52,821 bases of DNA, taken from a virus. Position numbers and translations under genes: made by a program. Below the pieces are notes generated by a model. It saw nothing but the letters and a program-made list of their open reading frames with translations. It did not search any database and was not told the DNA's origin. Positions 1 through 7,976 of this stretch are shown one piece after another; positions within the stretch are counted from its first letter, which is position 1; every line of letters starts with the position of its first letter. Where the stretch lies: IMG/VR virus record IMGVR_UViG_3300045988_133004, positions 1 through 52,821 of that record. One strand, written 5' to 3'.

Positions 1-55
1 AGTGTTTCTAGCTTCACTAATTCAACAATTACTGTACATTGGGATGAGTGGTCAT
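1..55. repeat. 55-nt terminal overlap identical to 52767..52821 (circular closure of the contig)
   Basis: Read directly: agtgtttctagcttcactaattcaacaattactgtacattgggatgagtggtcat occurs at both window ends. Confidence 0.95.
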
Positions 56-102
56 ATGACGTACAAAGTGTAAAGTTTGGATATATAGCAGTAGGTTATT
101 AG
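1..102 (+). CDS. tail fiber protein, C-terminal end (continuation of 51252..52821 across the junction)
   Basis: Frame of the 51252 ORF continues through the overlap to TAG at 100-102 (..SSFTNSTITVHWDEWSYDVQSVKFGYIAVGY*). Confidence 0.85.
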   Translation, partial: SVSSFTNSTITVHWDEWSYDVQSVKFGYIAVGY

Positions 103-112
103 GGGTGATTAA

Positions 113-817
113 ATGGATAAAGATTATTTAATACAATTCAATACAGATGGAAAACGTTTAAACACATACGCAAATGGAGTACATTATCAAATTATCGAAC
201 CTCAGCCAATAATAGAAACAAAAATAGATAAAGAAACAGGCGAAGCAATAGAAGAAGTAATAGGTTATACAGATGAGGAAATATTAAACCTTGTAGACAG
301 CTTCGATTATCAAACTGTTATAGATAATGGCGGTGTGTGGTTTGGTCAAGATGATTATAATAAACTAATTGGCAATGCAAACAAAGAATACATCTATAAA
401 GATGGTCAAATTGTAGAAAAACCACCAGAACCAATTGATATTGAAGCACTTAAAACAGCTAAGATTGCGGAAATGAAAGCCGAACGAGATAATAGAGAAG
501 TGCAAGATATTGAATACAATGGTAAGATGTTCGACTATGACGATAAATCAAGGGAACGATTAACACTATCACGACAAGCCCTAGAAGATAACAAAACAGA
601 AAGCATTTTATGGACTTGTGCCGATAATACTTTTGCTACTCTAACACTAGAAGATTTCAAGGCAATTAATACATTATCTGCAACACGTTCAACCCAGCTA
701 CACGAGCAATACAATAAATTAAAACTATTAATTAACTCTTTAGAAACAGAGGAACAAATAAAAGAAGTAACATTTGATACAGATACATCAACAATCACAT
801 TAAATACAGGTAATTAA
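113..817 (+). CDS. tail-fiber-associated protein, DUF4376-like C-terminal domain (possible fiber assembly/chaperone)
   Basis: RBS aggggtg before ATG. Lies directly after the tail fiber. The C-terminal half resembles DUF4376-type phage proteins. Confidence 0.5.
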   Translation: MDKDYLIQFNTDGKRLNTYANGVHYQIIEPQPIIETKIDKETGEAIEEVIGYTDEEILNLVDSFDYQTVIDNGGVWFGQDDYNKLIGNANKEYIYKDGQIVEKPPEPIDIEALKTAKIAEMKAERDNREVQDIEYNGKMFDYDDKSRERLTLSRQALEDNKTESILWTCADNTFATLTLEDFKAINTLSATRSTQLHEQYNKLKLLINSLETEEQIKEVTFDTDTSTITLNTGN

Positions 818-818
818 A

Positions 819-1088
819 ATGGACATAAATATTTTATCCACAATTCTTGGTGTTATTATTTCTATTGCCACACTAACTACTGTAATAGTAACAATAGTAA
901 AAAAAGCTATAATAAAACCAATGATAGAACCTCTTATTTGTAATATAGAAAAGCAGGCGATATTATTTGATACATTAATAAAAAAAATGGCAGAAATAGA
1001 ACAAGAACAACAATTAATGATGAAAAGACAGCAAGACAACGAAATAAAACTTGCACGTATTGACGAACGAATGAAACATATGTTATAA
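819..1088 (+). CDS. XhlA-like membrane/coiled-coil lysis-associated protein
   Basis: N-terminal TM helix followed by a charged coiled coil. Position before the holin matches the PBSX xhlA-xhlB-xlyA order. Confidence 0.4.
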   Translation: MDINILSTILGVIISIATLTTVIVTIVKKAIIKPMIEPLICNIEKQAILFDTLIKKMAEIEQEQQLMMKRQQDNEIKLARIDERMKHML

Positions 1089-1105
1089 TATAACGAGGTG
1101 TATAA

Positions 1106-1288
1106 ATGAATATAAATATATTTCATGTATACTTAGTTCTAGCTATAGGTTTAATCATTCTTGATGGTATAGCTCTTTGGCAAGGACAGACAGACGGCTT
1201 CATGCTTATTACTGGTGGTTTATTAGGTGCTTTAAAAGTAGAAATGCCTAATTCCGCTAAAGGAGGAAAAGACTACGTTAAACAATAG
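1106..1288 (+). CDS. holin-like small membrane protein
   Basis: 60 aa with two hydrophobic helices and a charged C-terminus, immediately upstream of the lysozyme-like ORF. Confidence 0.5.
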   Translation: MNINIFHVYLVLAIGLIILDGIALWQGQTDGFMLITGGLLGALKVEMPNSAKGGKDYVKQ

Positions 1289-1289
1289 T

Positions 1290-1967
1290 TTAGTTTTAAA
1301 ATATGAAGCAGGTGGCAATCCTGCAACAGTTAGCACAGGCAGTGGGGATTTAGGCGGTATCAGCTACGGCTCTTATCAGTTCAGTTCCGAAAGTGGTATC
1401 GTTGAAGATTTTGTTAATTGGTTATGCAATTATAAAGAAGATTGCTACGCTAATTATGGGCGAGTTCTCAAAAATGCTTATCCTGTAAACTCAACTAAAT
1501 TCATTAACGAGTGGAAATCTATCGGAACTATTGACAGACAAGGTTTTCAAAAACTTCAAGATGAATACGCAGGAGATAAGTATTATAATGCTGGATATTG
1601 GGCTTTAAAAAATCATGATTATGATATGGAAAAACACAGTGAAGCAATGAAAGCTGTTTTATTTAGTCGCTCAATTCAATATGGTGCTGGCAATATGTAC
1701 GAACTTTACACGGAAGCAGTAAGGTTAATGGGATATCCTAATTTAAGTTATGTAGACCATAAAGCGTTTGATAAGCGAATGATTGAATGTATTTATGATT
1801 TCTTAATTCAAGAGTGTGATAACGCATATCAATTATCTAATGGTAACTACCATAGTCCTAAAGATTGGTGCAATGGTAGTTATACCGTTGTAAAAGTTGG
1901 ATTGCGTAATCGTTTTATCAATGAAAAACAAGACGCATTAAATTTATTGGCTTCGGAGGAAAAATAA
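1290..1967 (+). CDS. lysozyme-like peptidoglycan hydrolase (candidate endolysin), no canonical start codon
   Basis: Frame open from 1242. Translation is ..KYEAGGNPATVSTGSGDLGGISYGSYQF.., an E..GG...D.GG.SYG motif like GH108/VgrG3-type lysozyme folds. First in-frame ATG is at 1626, with no in-frame ATG/GTG/TTG before it. Confidence 0.55.
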   Translation, partial: LVLKYEAGGNPATVSTGSGDLGGISYGSYQFSSESGIVEDFVNWLCNYKEDCYANYGRVLKNAYPVNSTKFINEWKSIGTIDRQGFQKLQDEYAGDKYYNAGYWALKNHDYDMEKHSEAMKAVLFSRSIQYGAGNMYELYTEAVRLMGYPNLSYVDHKAFDKRMIECIYDFLIQECDNAYQLSNGNYHSPKDWCNGSYTVVKVGLRNRFINEKQDALNLLASEEK

Positions 1968-2302
1968 TGGTTGATTGTTTTAGTCCTGATATCAAAAAAG
2001 ATTTTTATGTTAGTGTAAAAGCTATTCATGCCGTAGAATGTGAAGCATGGAAAGATTTTAAAGGTCATCAAAAAGGCGATAGCGGTTATAAAATTTATTA
2101 TCCAGATGGATATATTAGTTGGTGTCCTAAAGAAGTTTTTGAAAAACAATATCTAAAGCTTGAAAGCGAAAAAGAAGTAAAAGATAATGATGTTCGCAAC
2201 TATATTTATAGAAGCGGAATTGAAAAAGATGTTGATTTTTCTTATATTAAATTTTTATTAAAAGATATTTTAAAGTGGGCAAAAGAAGGATTAAAAAGAT
2301 AA
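1967..2302 (+). CDS. hypothetical protein
   Basis: ATGA start/stop overlap with the upstream gene. Co-oriented ORF. Confidence 0.6.
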   Translation: MVDCFSPDIKKDFYVSVKAIHAVECEAWKDFKGHQKGDSGYKIYYPDGYISWCPKEVFEKQYLKLESEKEVKDNDVRNYIYRSGIEKDVDFSYIKFLLKDILKWAKEGLKR

Positions 2303-2530
2303 ATGGATAAACTTATTTTATATTCTAAAGAACCAATTTCAGACGCTGACAAAAATAAAATTAAACAAATTTTTGAGCAGTCCAACAATCCTCATGAAAG
2401 CTTAATTTCATCTATTCAACGTTATTCATTTATGCAAGGACATCAATTATTTTTTGACGGATTAGAAGCAAGAGAACGCTCTCAAGCTCCTTACGAAGAT
2501 TATGTCTACTTTAACGCAAATGATAACTAA
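2303..2530 (+). CDS. hypothetical protein
   Basis: Abuts the upstream stop. Co-oriented ORF. Confidence 0.55.
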   Translation: MDKLILYSKEPISDADKNKIKQIFEQSNNPHESLISSIQRYSFMQGHQLFFDGLEARERSQAPYEDYVYFNANDN

Positions 2531-3113
2531 TATCACAAATTTTATTAAAACGCACAAAAAGGCAGTCGTCATATCGGCTGTCTTAGCGTTTGTTTTAATA
2601 GTCTTAATGTATTCGTATCTACAAAATAAAAAAGCTGTCAGCGAGCCTGTAAACGCTGTTAAAATCGAAAGTGTAGATATTAAAGACAATGATACACTAC
2701 AAAAAGACTTAGACGTAAACAAACAAGAAGCAAACGACATAATTTACAAAATAGATGAAATTGAGCAAGGTAAAATTGAACCTGTAGCAACTACAACAAT
2801 AAAATCTGAAAATTTAGAAAGTGCAACTAATGAAGTTGTGGATAAAATTAATAATAAAGACACTTCACTTCCAAAAGAAGCACTAGAAAAAACAGATAAA
2901 ACTATTGTTACAGATAACCCCAATCAAGATTATGATATTGGAGTTTATAAAATAGACTTAGAAAAAGATTATAAGCTTAAAGTTGGGCAAACAATTTATA
3001 AAGATGAAATAAATTGGGCTGTAGGATACCAACATAAAAAATTAGAAGTAATAATACATGGTAAAGATAAAGTAAATGGTGTTACTGCTATGTATACTGT
3101 TAAGGAGTGGTAA
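2502..3113 (+). CDS. membrane-anchored hypothetical protein
   Basis: N-terminal TM helix (AVVISAVLAFVLIVLMY) followed by a soluble domain. Confidence 0.6.
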   Translation: MSTLTQMITNITNFIKTHKKAVVISAVLAFVLIVLMYSYLQNKKAVSEPVNAVKIESVDIKDNDTLQKDLDVNKQEANDIIYKIDEIEQGKIEPVATTTIKSENLESATNEVVDKINNKDTSLPKEALEKTDKTIVTDNPNQDYDIGVYKIDLEKDYKLKVGQTIYKDEINWAVGYQHKKLEVIIHGKDKVNGVTAMYTVKEW

Positions 3114-3388
3114 AAATGGAAAACCAAAACGAAATGAAAGAAACGTTAGAAAAATTAGGCACTGTTATAGCTATGGGTATAAATCTATATAAAAAAATAA
3201 TAATGGGGCTTATGGTTATTATTGTTACTCTTATTCTTACTGTTGGCGGAGTTGTTGGCGGTTTTGTGTACTATCTATCACAGTATGACGTTGTTACTAC
3301 AAACGTTGGTAGCATGGGTGATGATAATAATGTAGTACGTGGAGACCAAAATAATATGAACGCTGAAACAATTAACAATGGTAAATAA
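3107..3388 (+). CDS. small membrane protein
   Basis: Central TM segment IIMGLMVIIVTLILTVGGVVGGFVYY. Confidence 0.55.
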   Translation: MVKMENQNEMKETLEKLGTVIAMGINLYKKIIMGLMVIIVTLILTVGGVVGGFVYYLSQYDVVTTNVGSMGDDNNVVRGDQNNMNAETINNGK

Positions 3389-3390
3389 TA

Positions 3391-3579
3391 ATGCCTAGAT
3401 ATCGTTCAGATGGTAGTGTTACTTTCGTAGAGAAAAGGCGAAAAGATGGCAAGGCTCGTGGTGTAATGTACCGCAAACCTACCAACAACACATACTCTAC
3501 AGATTTATCTTTGCAACGTGTTCAAATGGCAGATTTACAGATGGAACAAGAGAAAAACAACAGCCTAGATTTAAAGTAG
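3391..3579 (+). CDS. small basic hypothetical protein
   Basis: 62-aa Arg/Lys-rich ORF, co-oriented. Confidence 0.45.
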   Translation: MPRYRSDGSVTFVEKRRKDGKARGVMYRKPTNNTYSTDLSLQRVQMADLQMEQEKNNSLDLK

Positions 3580-3837
3580 GTGTTAATCATACTTAAACAC
3601 AGAAAACAAGCAAAAGAATATATAGAAAACACAAACAAAACTAATCTAATATACGTCATAGAAGAATTAAACTTAGACGAGGATAAGAGAAAAGTACTAG
3701 ACTTAAAATTTATAAAAGGCTTAAAGAATTATCAGGTAGCTATGGAAACTAATCGCTCACTAGAGAACGTTAATAATATAGTTGGTAGGGCTTACGATAA
3801 AGTCTTTAGATTAATAAAGAAAGGTATATCTAAATGA
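3580..3837 (+). CDS. sigma-70 region-4-like HTH protein (candidate late transcription regulator)
   Basis: GTG start abutting the upstream TAG. Segment KRKVLDLKFIKGLKNYQVAMETNRSLENVNNIVGRAYDKV fits the sigma region 4 / LuxR-type HTH pattern. Confidence 0.5.
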   Translation: MLIILKHRKQAKEYIENTNKTNLIYVIEELNLDEDKRKVLDLKFIKGLKNYQVAMETNRSLENVNNIVGRAYDKVFRLIKKGISK

Positions 3838-4301
3838 TATATAGAGCAAAAGGAAAAGACGATAAATTTAAATACGGATATAAACTAATAGTGCCTAAAA
3901 AACCATTCACTAGCCCACCTGTAGGGAGTGAACCACAAGAGCCTACACTCATTAATTATATCATGCCATCAGACGTTGAAGAATATCGAGATGTAGACGA
4001 TTATTCAACGTTGGCAGTGGAAGTGGTCGAGCCATTTCAAATGAATATAGGAACAGTAGGAAAAAATAAAGTTGAACTTTACGAAGGCGATATCATAACA
4101 GCAACGATTTATCCATTCGAAAATTTTAATGGCTTGATTGTATGGAATGACAGCAAGAAAAGCTATATGTGTGAATATCGTAAAAAGCCAACATATATGG
4201 GCAAATCAATTTTTAACGGTATGCAAATACAACTAGAGTATCTAGCAAATGCTAATATAGATGTTATAGGAAATAATATTGACAATACAGATTTATTGTG
4301 A
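3834..4301 (+). CDS. YopX family protein
   Basis: LYEGDII core and C-terminal VIGNNIDNTDLL, as in YopX proteins that end IGNIhdNPELL. Confidence 0.65.
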   Translation: MIYRAKGKDDKFKYGYKLIVPKKPFTSPPVGSEPQEPTLINYIMPSDVEEYRDVDDYSTLAVEVVEPFQMNIGTVGKNKVELYEGDIITATIYPFENFNGLIVWNDSKKSYMCEYRKKPTYMGKSIFNGMQIQLEYLANANIDVIGNNIDNTDLL

Positions 4302-4342
4302 TATTATATATATGTAGATTTCATATAATACCTTCCTGTACT

Positions 4343-4376
4343 TAGCGGTCATATTAATTTATGACTGCTATTTTTA
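4343..4376 (+). terminator. rho-independent terminator of the late/lysis arm
   Basis: 10-bp stem tagcggtcat/atgactgcta (one G-U valid on + only), followed by a T-run. Confidence 0.7.
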
Positions 4377-4385
4377 TAAAAAGTA

Positions 4386-4414
4386 TTGACAGATACTAAA
4401 CATTATGATACAAT
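4386..4414 (+). promoter_or_regulatory. SigA-type promoter (TTGACA-17-TACAAT, TGn extended -10)
   Basis: ttgaca 4386-4391, tacaat 4409-4414, tg at 4406-4407. Confidence 0.65.
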
Positions 4415-4420
4415 ATAATT

Positions 4421-4503
4421 GTTCTAAGCTTTAAATTTCTTTTTCATAACATTCCTTTCTTAAATTATTTTTTGGCGGTTGGCTTCTGCTGACCGCTTTT
4501 TAA
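4421..4503 (+). ncRNA. candidate small RNA (promoter-to-terminator unit without an ORF)
   Basis: Bounded by the 4386 promoter and the hairpin gcggttggc/gctgaccgc (4475-4496) plus T-run. Contains no ATG. Confidence 0.4.
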
Positions 4504-4553
4504 TTTGCTTATATAGTCTGCTCAATTTTGAGCATACCGATATTAAAATAATT

Positions 4554-4582
4554 ATTGATTAACATTTAATTATATGGTATAA
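4554..4582 (+). promoter_or_regulatory. SigA-type promoter for the rha-like gene (TTGATT-17-TATAAT, TGn)
   Basis: ttgatt 4554-4559, tataat 4577-4582. Confidence 0.6.
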
Positions 4583-4622
4583 TAATATATAAAAAATAAT
4601 TCTAATAAGAGAGGTTTATAAA

Positions 4623-5300
4623 ATGGATAAACAAATAAAAAGTTTAGAAAAAGATTTAAAATTGGTTGATGTAGTTAATAATGAAATCGTGGTATCAAGT
4701 AGACAAGTTGCTGAACACTTTGGAAAAGAACACCGTCATGTGCTTGATAGTATTCGTGATATTTTGGCTGCCGAAATTTCGGCTGCGAAATTTTACCATG
4801 AAACCACATTTGAAAATCGTGGTAAACATTATCCAATGTATCTAATGGATAGGGACGGATTTTCACTCTTGGTAATGGGCTTTAGTGGAAAAGAAGCTTT
4901 AAAGTGGAAAATAAAATATATTGAAGCTTTTAACTCTATGGAACAACGACTCAAATTAATTGAACAGCAAGAGTTAGGTCGATTAATGGAACGCATAAGA
5001 AGCAAAGAAGCTCGCAAGACTTTAACAGATGAAATAAAAGAAACTGTTCCAGAAAGTCCGCATAAAAAGTTTATTTATAAACACTATACAGATTTAGCCT
5101 ATAAAGTAGCGTTTGGAATGAATGCAAAACAATTAAGAGAAAAATTAGGACTAAGCAAAACAGATAACATAAGAGACAACTTAAGTAAAGATGAATTAAA
5201 CAAGTTAATAGGTATAGAAAGTTTAATTCGTGGATATTTGAAGCTTGGTAAAGATTATGATAACATTAAAAATTTAACATCAAATTTATTACCTCAATAA
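4623..5300 (+). CDS. rha: Rha family phage regulatory protein (with ORF6C-like C-terminal domain)
   Basis: N-terminal VSSRQVAEHFGKEHRHVLDSIRDIL...MDRDGFSLLVMGFSGKEALKWKIKYIEAFN matches the Rha family signature. Confidence 0.8.
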   Translation: MDKQIKSLEKDLKLVDVVNNEIVVSSRQVAEHFGKEHRHVLDSIRDILAAEISAAKFYHETTFENRGKHYPMYLMDRDGFSLLVMGFSGKEALKWKIKYIEAFNSMEQRLKLIEQQELGRLMERIRSKEARKTLTDEIKETVPESPHKKFIYKHYTDLAYKVAFGMNAKQLREKLGLSKTDNIRDNLSKDELNKLIGIESLIRGYLKLGKDYDNIKNLTSNLLPQ

Positions 5301-5304
5301 AAAT

Positions 5305-5338
5305 AAGGGTGCTAGTTTAATTACTAGTACCCTTTTAG
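5305..5338. terminator. bidirectional terminator between convergent genes
   Basis: 12-bp stem aagggtgctagt/actagtaccctt flanked by A/T runs. Confidence 0.7.
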
Positions 5339-5349
5339 TTTGCAATAAA

Positions 5350-5601
5350 TTACATAGCATATAAAGAATGGTGCTTAATATTTAAATCTTTTGTAGCTTC
5401 TTTTCTGAATAAATCATAATCCATTTCTACATAATTTAATATCAGCTCTCTTTTGTCATAAAATATAAACTTCGTCATATTGTCTTTCTTTCTGTACAAG
5501 CCTACTATTTTGTACGACTCGTTTTCTTCTTTATTTACAAATTCGTATCCACTTTTATAATCTTCTTCTAACATTTCATCTAATAAACTCATTTCATACA
5601 C
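5350..5601 (-). CDS. hypothetical protein
   Basis: RBS ggagtg before ATG. Last gene of the leftward operon. Confidence 0.6.
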   Translation of the reverse strand: MYEMSLLDEMLEEDYKSGYEFVNKEENESYKIVGLYRKKDNMTKFIFYDKRELILNYVEMDYDLFRKEATKDLNIKHHSLYAM

Positions 5602-5603
5602 TC

Positions 5604-6008
5604 CTATTTATATTTATATTCTAATTTTAACTGCTTACAGATGTCATAAGCCTTGTAAAGCTCATCTAAAGAAAGCCAACTAAAGTGGCAATCTTCTATT
5701 TTTATGCCTAATCTATCAGCAAGTTTTTGATACAATTCTTTCCTTAAATTTCTGTTACCACCTCGCTTCTTCCAAATCTTGTCAAATACTTCATGACACT
5801 TTTTTCTCATTTCACGTGTCGGCTTATCTGCTAGCACTCCTAAAGCACGTCTAAAGTTATTCTTGTGTGTGCTAACACTAGCATGACATTTAGTACAGAC
5901 ATAGCAGTAACCACTGCCATATCTATTACCATTTAATTTTTGTGTAGTGGTCAACATTACATAACCACCACAGATAGGGCATTTTTTTGGATAATAATTA
6001 ATTGTCAT
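5604..6008 (-). CDS. zinc-finger protein, DUF3268-like
   Basis: CPICGG...CYVCTKCHASVSTH...PTREMRKKCHEVFDKIW...CHFSWL matches the DUF3268 zinc-finger pattern. Confidence 0.65.
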   Translation of the reverse strand: MTINYYPKKCPICGGYVMLTTTQKLNGNRYGSGYCYVCTKCHASVSTHKNNFRRALGVLADKPTREMRKKCHEVFDKIWKKRGGNRNLRKELYQKLADRLGIKIEDCHFSWLSLDELYKAYDICKQLKLEYKYK

Positions 6009-6021
6009 ATTTTTTCACTCC

Positions 6022-6255
6022 TTAAACTATTATATTGCATATCATATCTTTATTTATCATTCTATCTATTAATAAATCTAATTTTTCAAATGAATTAAGA
6101 TAGAATACCTTGTTGTTATCTTGAACGACTGTCATTAAATCATTTTCTACGTTTATTTTAAGGTTACCTATTTTCTTGCGGTAACCCTTTTTGGTTCGTT
6201 TAAAACCTAATTCTTCAAGCTGTTCAGTTTTCTGAACAACGTATTTTTTATTCAA
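6022..6255 (-). CDS. hypothetical protein (probable TTG start)
   Basis: GGAGG lies 9 nt upstream of TTG at 6255. The longer ORF to 6291 overlaps the upstream gene. Confidence 0.5.
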   Translation of the reverse strand: MNKKYVVQKTEQLEELGFKRTKKGYRKKIGNLKINVENDLMTVVQDNNKVFYLNSFEKLDLLIDRMINKDMICNIIV

Positions 6256-6499
6256 CGTTAGAAACCTCCAATAAATAGATATAATAATCATTGTACTTAT
6301 AATAATTGAATTTCATATCTATTGTTGATATACCTTCACTATCTAAAACTACATTTATATATTTACTTGATTTATAAACGTAGCCTATATAAAAGCCACA
6401 TTCTTTAGCTATATTTTCAATTCTGTTAAGAAATTCAATATAGCTATATGCTTTATATATTTTACCTTTTGTGAAGTTTTCTCTTATAACACTGTTCAT
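6248..6499 (-). CDS. hypothetical protein
   Basis: Translationally coupled ORF in the leftward operon. Confidence 0.55.
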   Translation of the reverse strand: MNSVIRENFTKGKIYKAYSYIEFLNRIENIAKECGFYIGYVYKSSKYINVVLDSEGISTIDMKFNYYKYNDYYIYLLEVSNVE

Positions 6500-6696
6500 T
6501 TTTTCACCTCATTAAGTTGTTTTAATACATCATAGAAGCTTTTTTCTGCTTCTTTATTGTTATTATACCAAAATCCATTATGTTCACCATCTTTGTAATA
6601 TATGTGAACACTGTTATCTTCAATTCTTATTTCTTTTATTTCCTCCTTTCTCATTGCTATTTTCATATCGTTTATATCTAATACACAAAACATCAT
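6496..6696 (-). CDS. hypothetical protein (small paralog family)
   Basis: ATGA overlap. Resembles 6881..7075, 24951..25160 and 25495..25803. Confidence 0.5.
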   Translation of the reverse strand: MMFCVLDINDMKIAMRKEEIKEIRIEDNSVHIYYKDGEHNGFWYNNNKEAEKSFYDVLKQLNEVKK

Positions 6697-6884
6697 TTAA
6701 CCTCCAATTCTGTTTTACGCATTAACTCAATTTGCTTATCTTTAAAATAAGTTATTGAGTGTTCCAATAAAGCATAAACCAACAAACCTTTTGACACTTT
6801 GCATTTATCAGCAGTATCTTTAAGCCATTTATTCATAGTTTCATTTGTTCTAAACGAAACTACAATATCTTTTGGTTCTATCAT
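6693..6884 (-). CDS. ribbon-helix-helix (Arc/CopG-like) DNA-binding protein
   Basis: VVSFRTNETMNKWLKDTADKCKVSKGLLVYALL fits a beta-strand then two helices, the RHH pattern. Confidence 0.5.
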   Translation of the reverse strand: MIEPKDIVVSFRTNETMNKWLKDTADKCKVSKGLLVYALLEHSITYFKDKQIELMRKTELEVK

Positions 6885-7075
6885 TCTTTTACCTCCAATT
6901 CATTACAAAGGTATTCAAACAATTCATTTATACTTTCTTTCCCTGCTGTTATTGATATGTATTCTTTATTATTCTTATAATATATTTCAATCTTTTCATC
7001 TTCTTTGTAGATATGACTTATATCATAAGAATTTACAATAACTACAGTATCTTTTGTGTCTATTTTTATAAACAT
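6881..7075 (-). CDS. hypothetical protein (MFIK.. paralog family)
   Basis: RBS gaggtg 5 nt before ATG at 7075. Confidence 0.5.
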   Translation of the reverse strand: MFIKIDTKDTVVIVNSYDISHIYKEDEKIEIYYKNNKEYISITAGKESINELFEYLCNELEVKE

Positions 7076-7182
7076 CTTAACACCTCTATATTTATTTTGG
7101 TTGCTACCCAACAATAAGCTATTAATTACAATTCAGCAGTTTAATCAAACCCACTGCCAAGCGTTCGTTTTAACTATAATCT

Positions 7183-7211
7183 TATTATAACACATTATTT
7201 ACATTTTGTAA
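7183..7211 (-). promoter_or_regulatory. SigA-type promoter, leftward (TTTACA-17-TATAAT, TGn)
   Basis: Reverse complement of 7183-7211 reads tttacaaaatgtaaataatgtgttataat. Confidence 0.6.
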
Positions 7212-7302
7212 ACTATTTTCTATATATTATTTGTAATTTATTTGTACACTTCACGTCTTAATATACCTGATATAATATATGTATCGAAAGGCGGTAAGGC
7301 AA

Positions 7303-7701
7303 ATGATTAATTCTAACAATAACCCTTATTCTTTACCTTCACAGTACATTATAGAAAATGACGATATACTTAATATAGACTTTTACGGAAACAAAAACAA
7401 AGTTGGTGTTACTACAAAAAAATATGAAGAACTTAGTAACATTTGCGATAAATATTATAATAAATTAGTTGAACTAGGTGCAATAACACCACCTAAAACA
7501 CAAGAACAGATTATACAAGAACAAACACAGTTAATGCAACAGATGATTAATCAGATGGCACAGATGAAACAAGAAATCGAGGTATTGAAAAATGCTAAAT
7601 CCACAGATGTTATCACAGATGATGGGCTTAAATTCTCAACAATCAAGCAAACTCCAGCAAGTGTGGGGACAAGCAAGCCAAATGGCTCAAAACGTGAATA
7701 G
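7303..7701 (+). CDS. Gln/Met-rich hypothetical protein
   Basis: ATG at 7303 follows ggtaagg. ATG at 7279 lies upstream of the predicted TSS (-10 at 7271-7276). Confidence 0.5.
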   Translation: MINSNNNPYSLPSQYIIENDDILNIDFYGNKNKVGVTTKKYEELSNICDKYYNKLVELGAITPPKTQEQIIQEQTQLMQQMINQMAQMKQEIEVLKNAKSTDVITDDGLKFSTIKQTPASVGTSKPNGSKRE

Positions 7702-7957
7702 TCAGCAAGACGCTATAAACGTTTTACAAAATGCTGGTATAAACACAGATACATTAGCAAAAGTTAGAGGTTTGCTTAATAATCCTATGGCTAGGTTGAT
7801 AGCTGGTGCATTAGGTGTAAACTTAAATAATGTAGCTGTTGGTATAGATACATTGGCAAATGGTAATAAAAATACTAATGCTATTGCATATACTAATACA
7901 AATAATAATGCAAATAACTTTGATAAATTCAAACAAGGTTTATCACAGTTAAAATAA
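7592..7957 (+). CDS. Gln/Asn-rich hypothetical protein (overlaps the previous ORF by 110 nt in another frame)
   Basis: GAGGT 8 nt upstream of ATG. Low-complexity Q/N/S-rich sequence. Confidence 0.5.
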   Translation: MLNPQMLSQMMGLNSQQSSKLQQVWGQASQMAQNVNSQQDAINVLQNAGINTDTLAKVRGLLNNPMARLIAGALGVNLNNVAVGIDTLANGNKNTNAIAYTNTNNNANNFDKFKQGLSQLK

Positions 7958-7976
7958 ATATAGGAGGTTTTCACAA

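Noticed and set aside
7279-7302. ATG at 7279 as the start of the first gene of the rightward island
   Set aside because: It lies only 3 nt downstream of the predicted -10 hexamer (7271-76), so it is probably upstream of the transcription start. ATG at 7303, preceded by ggtaagg, is preferred.
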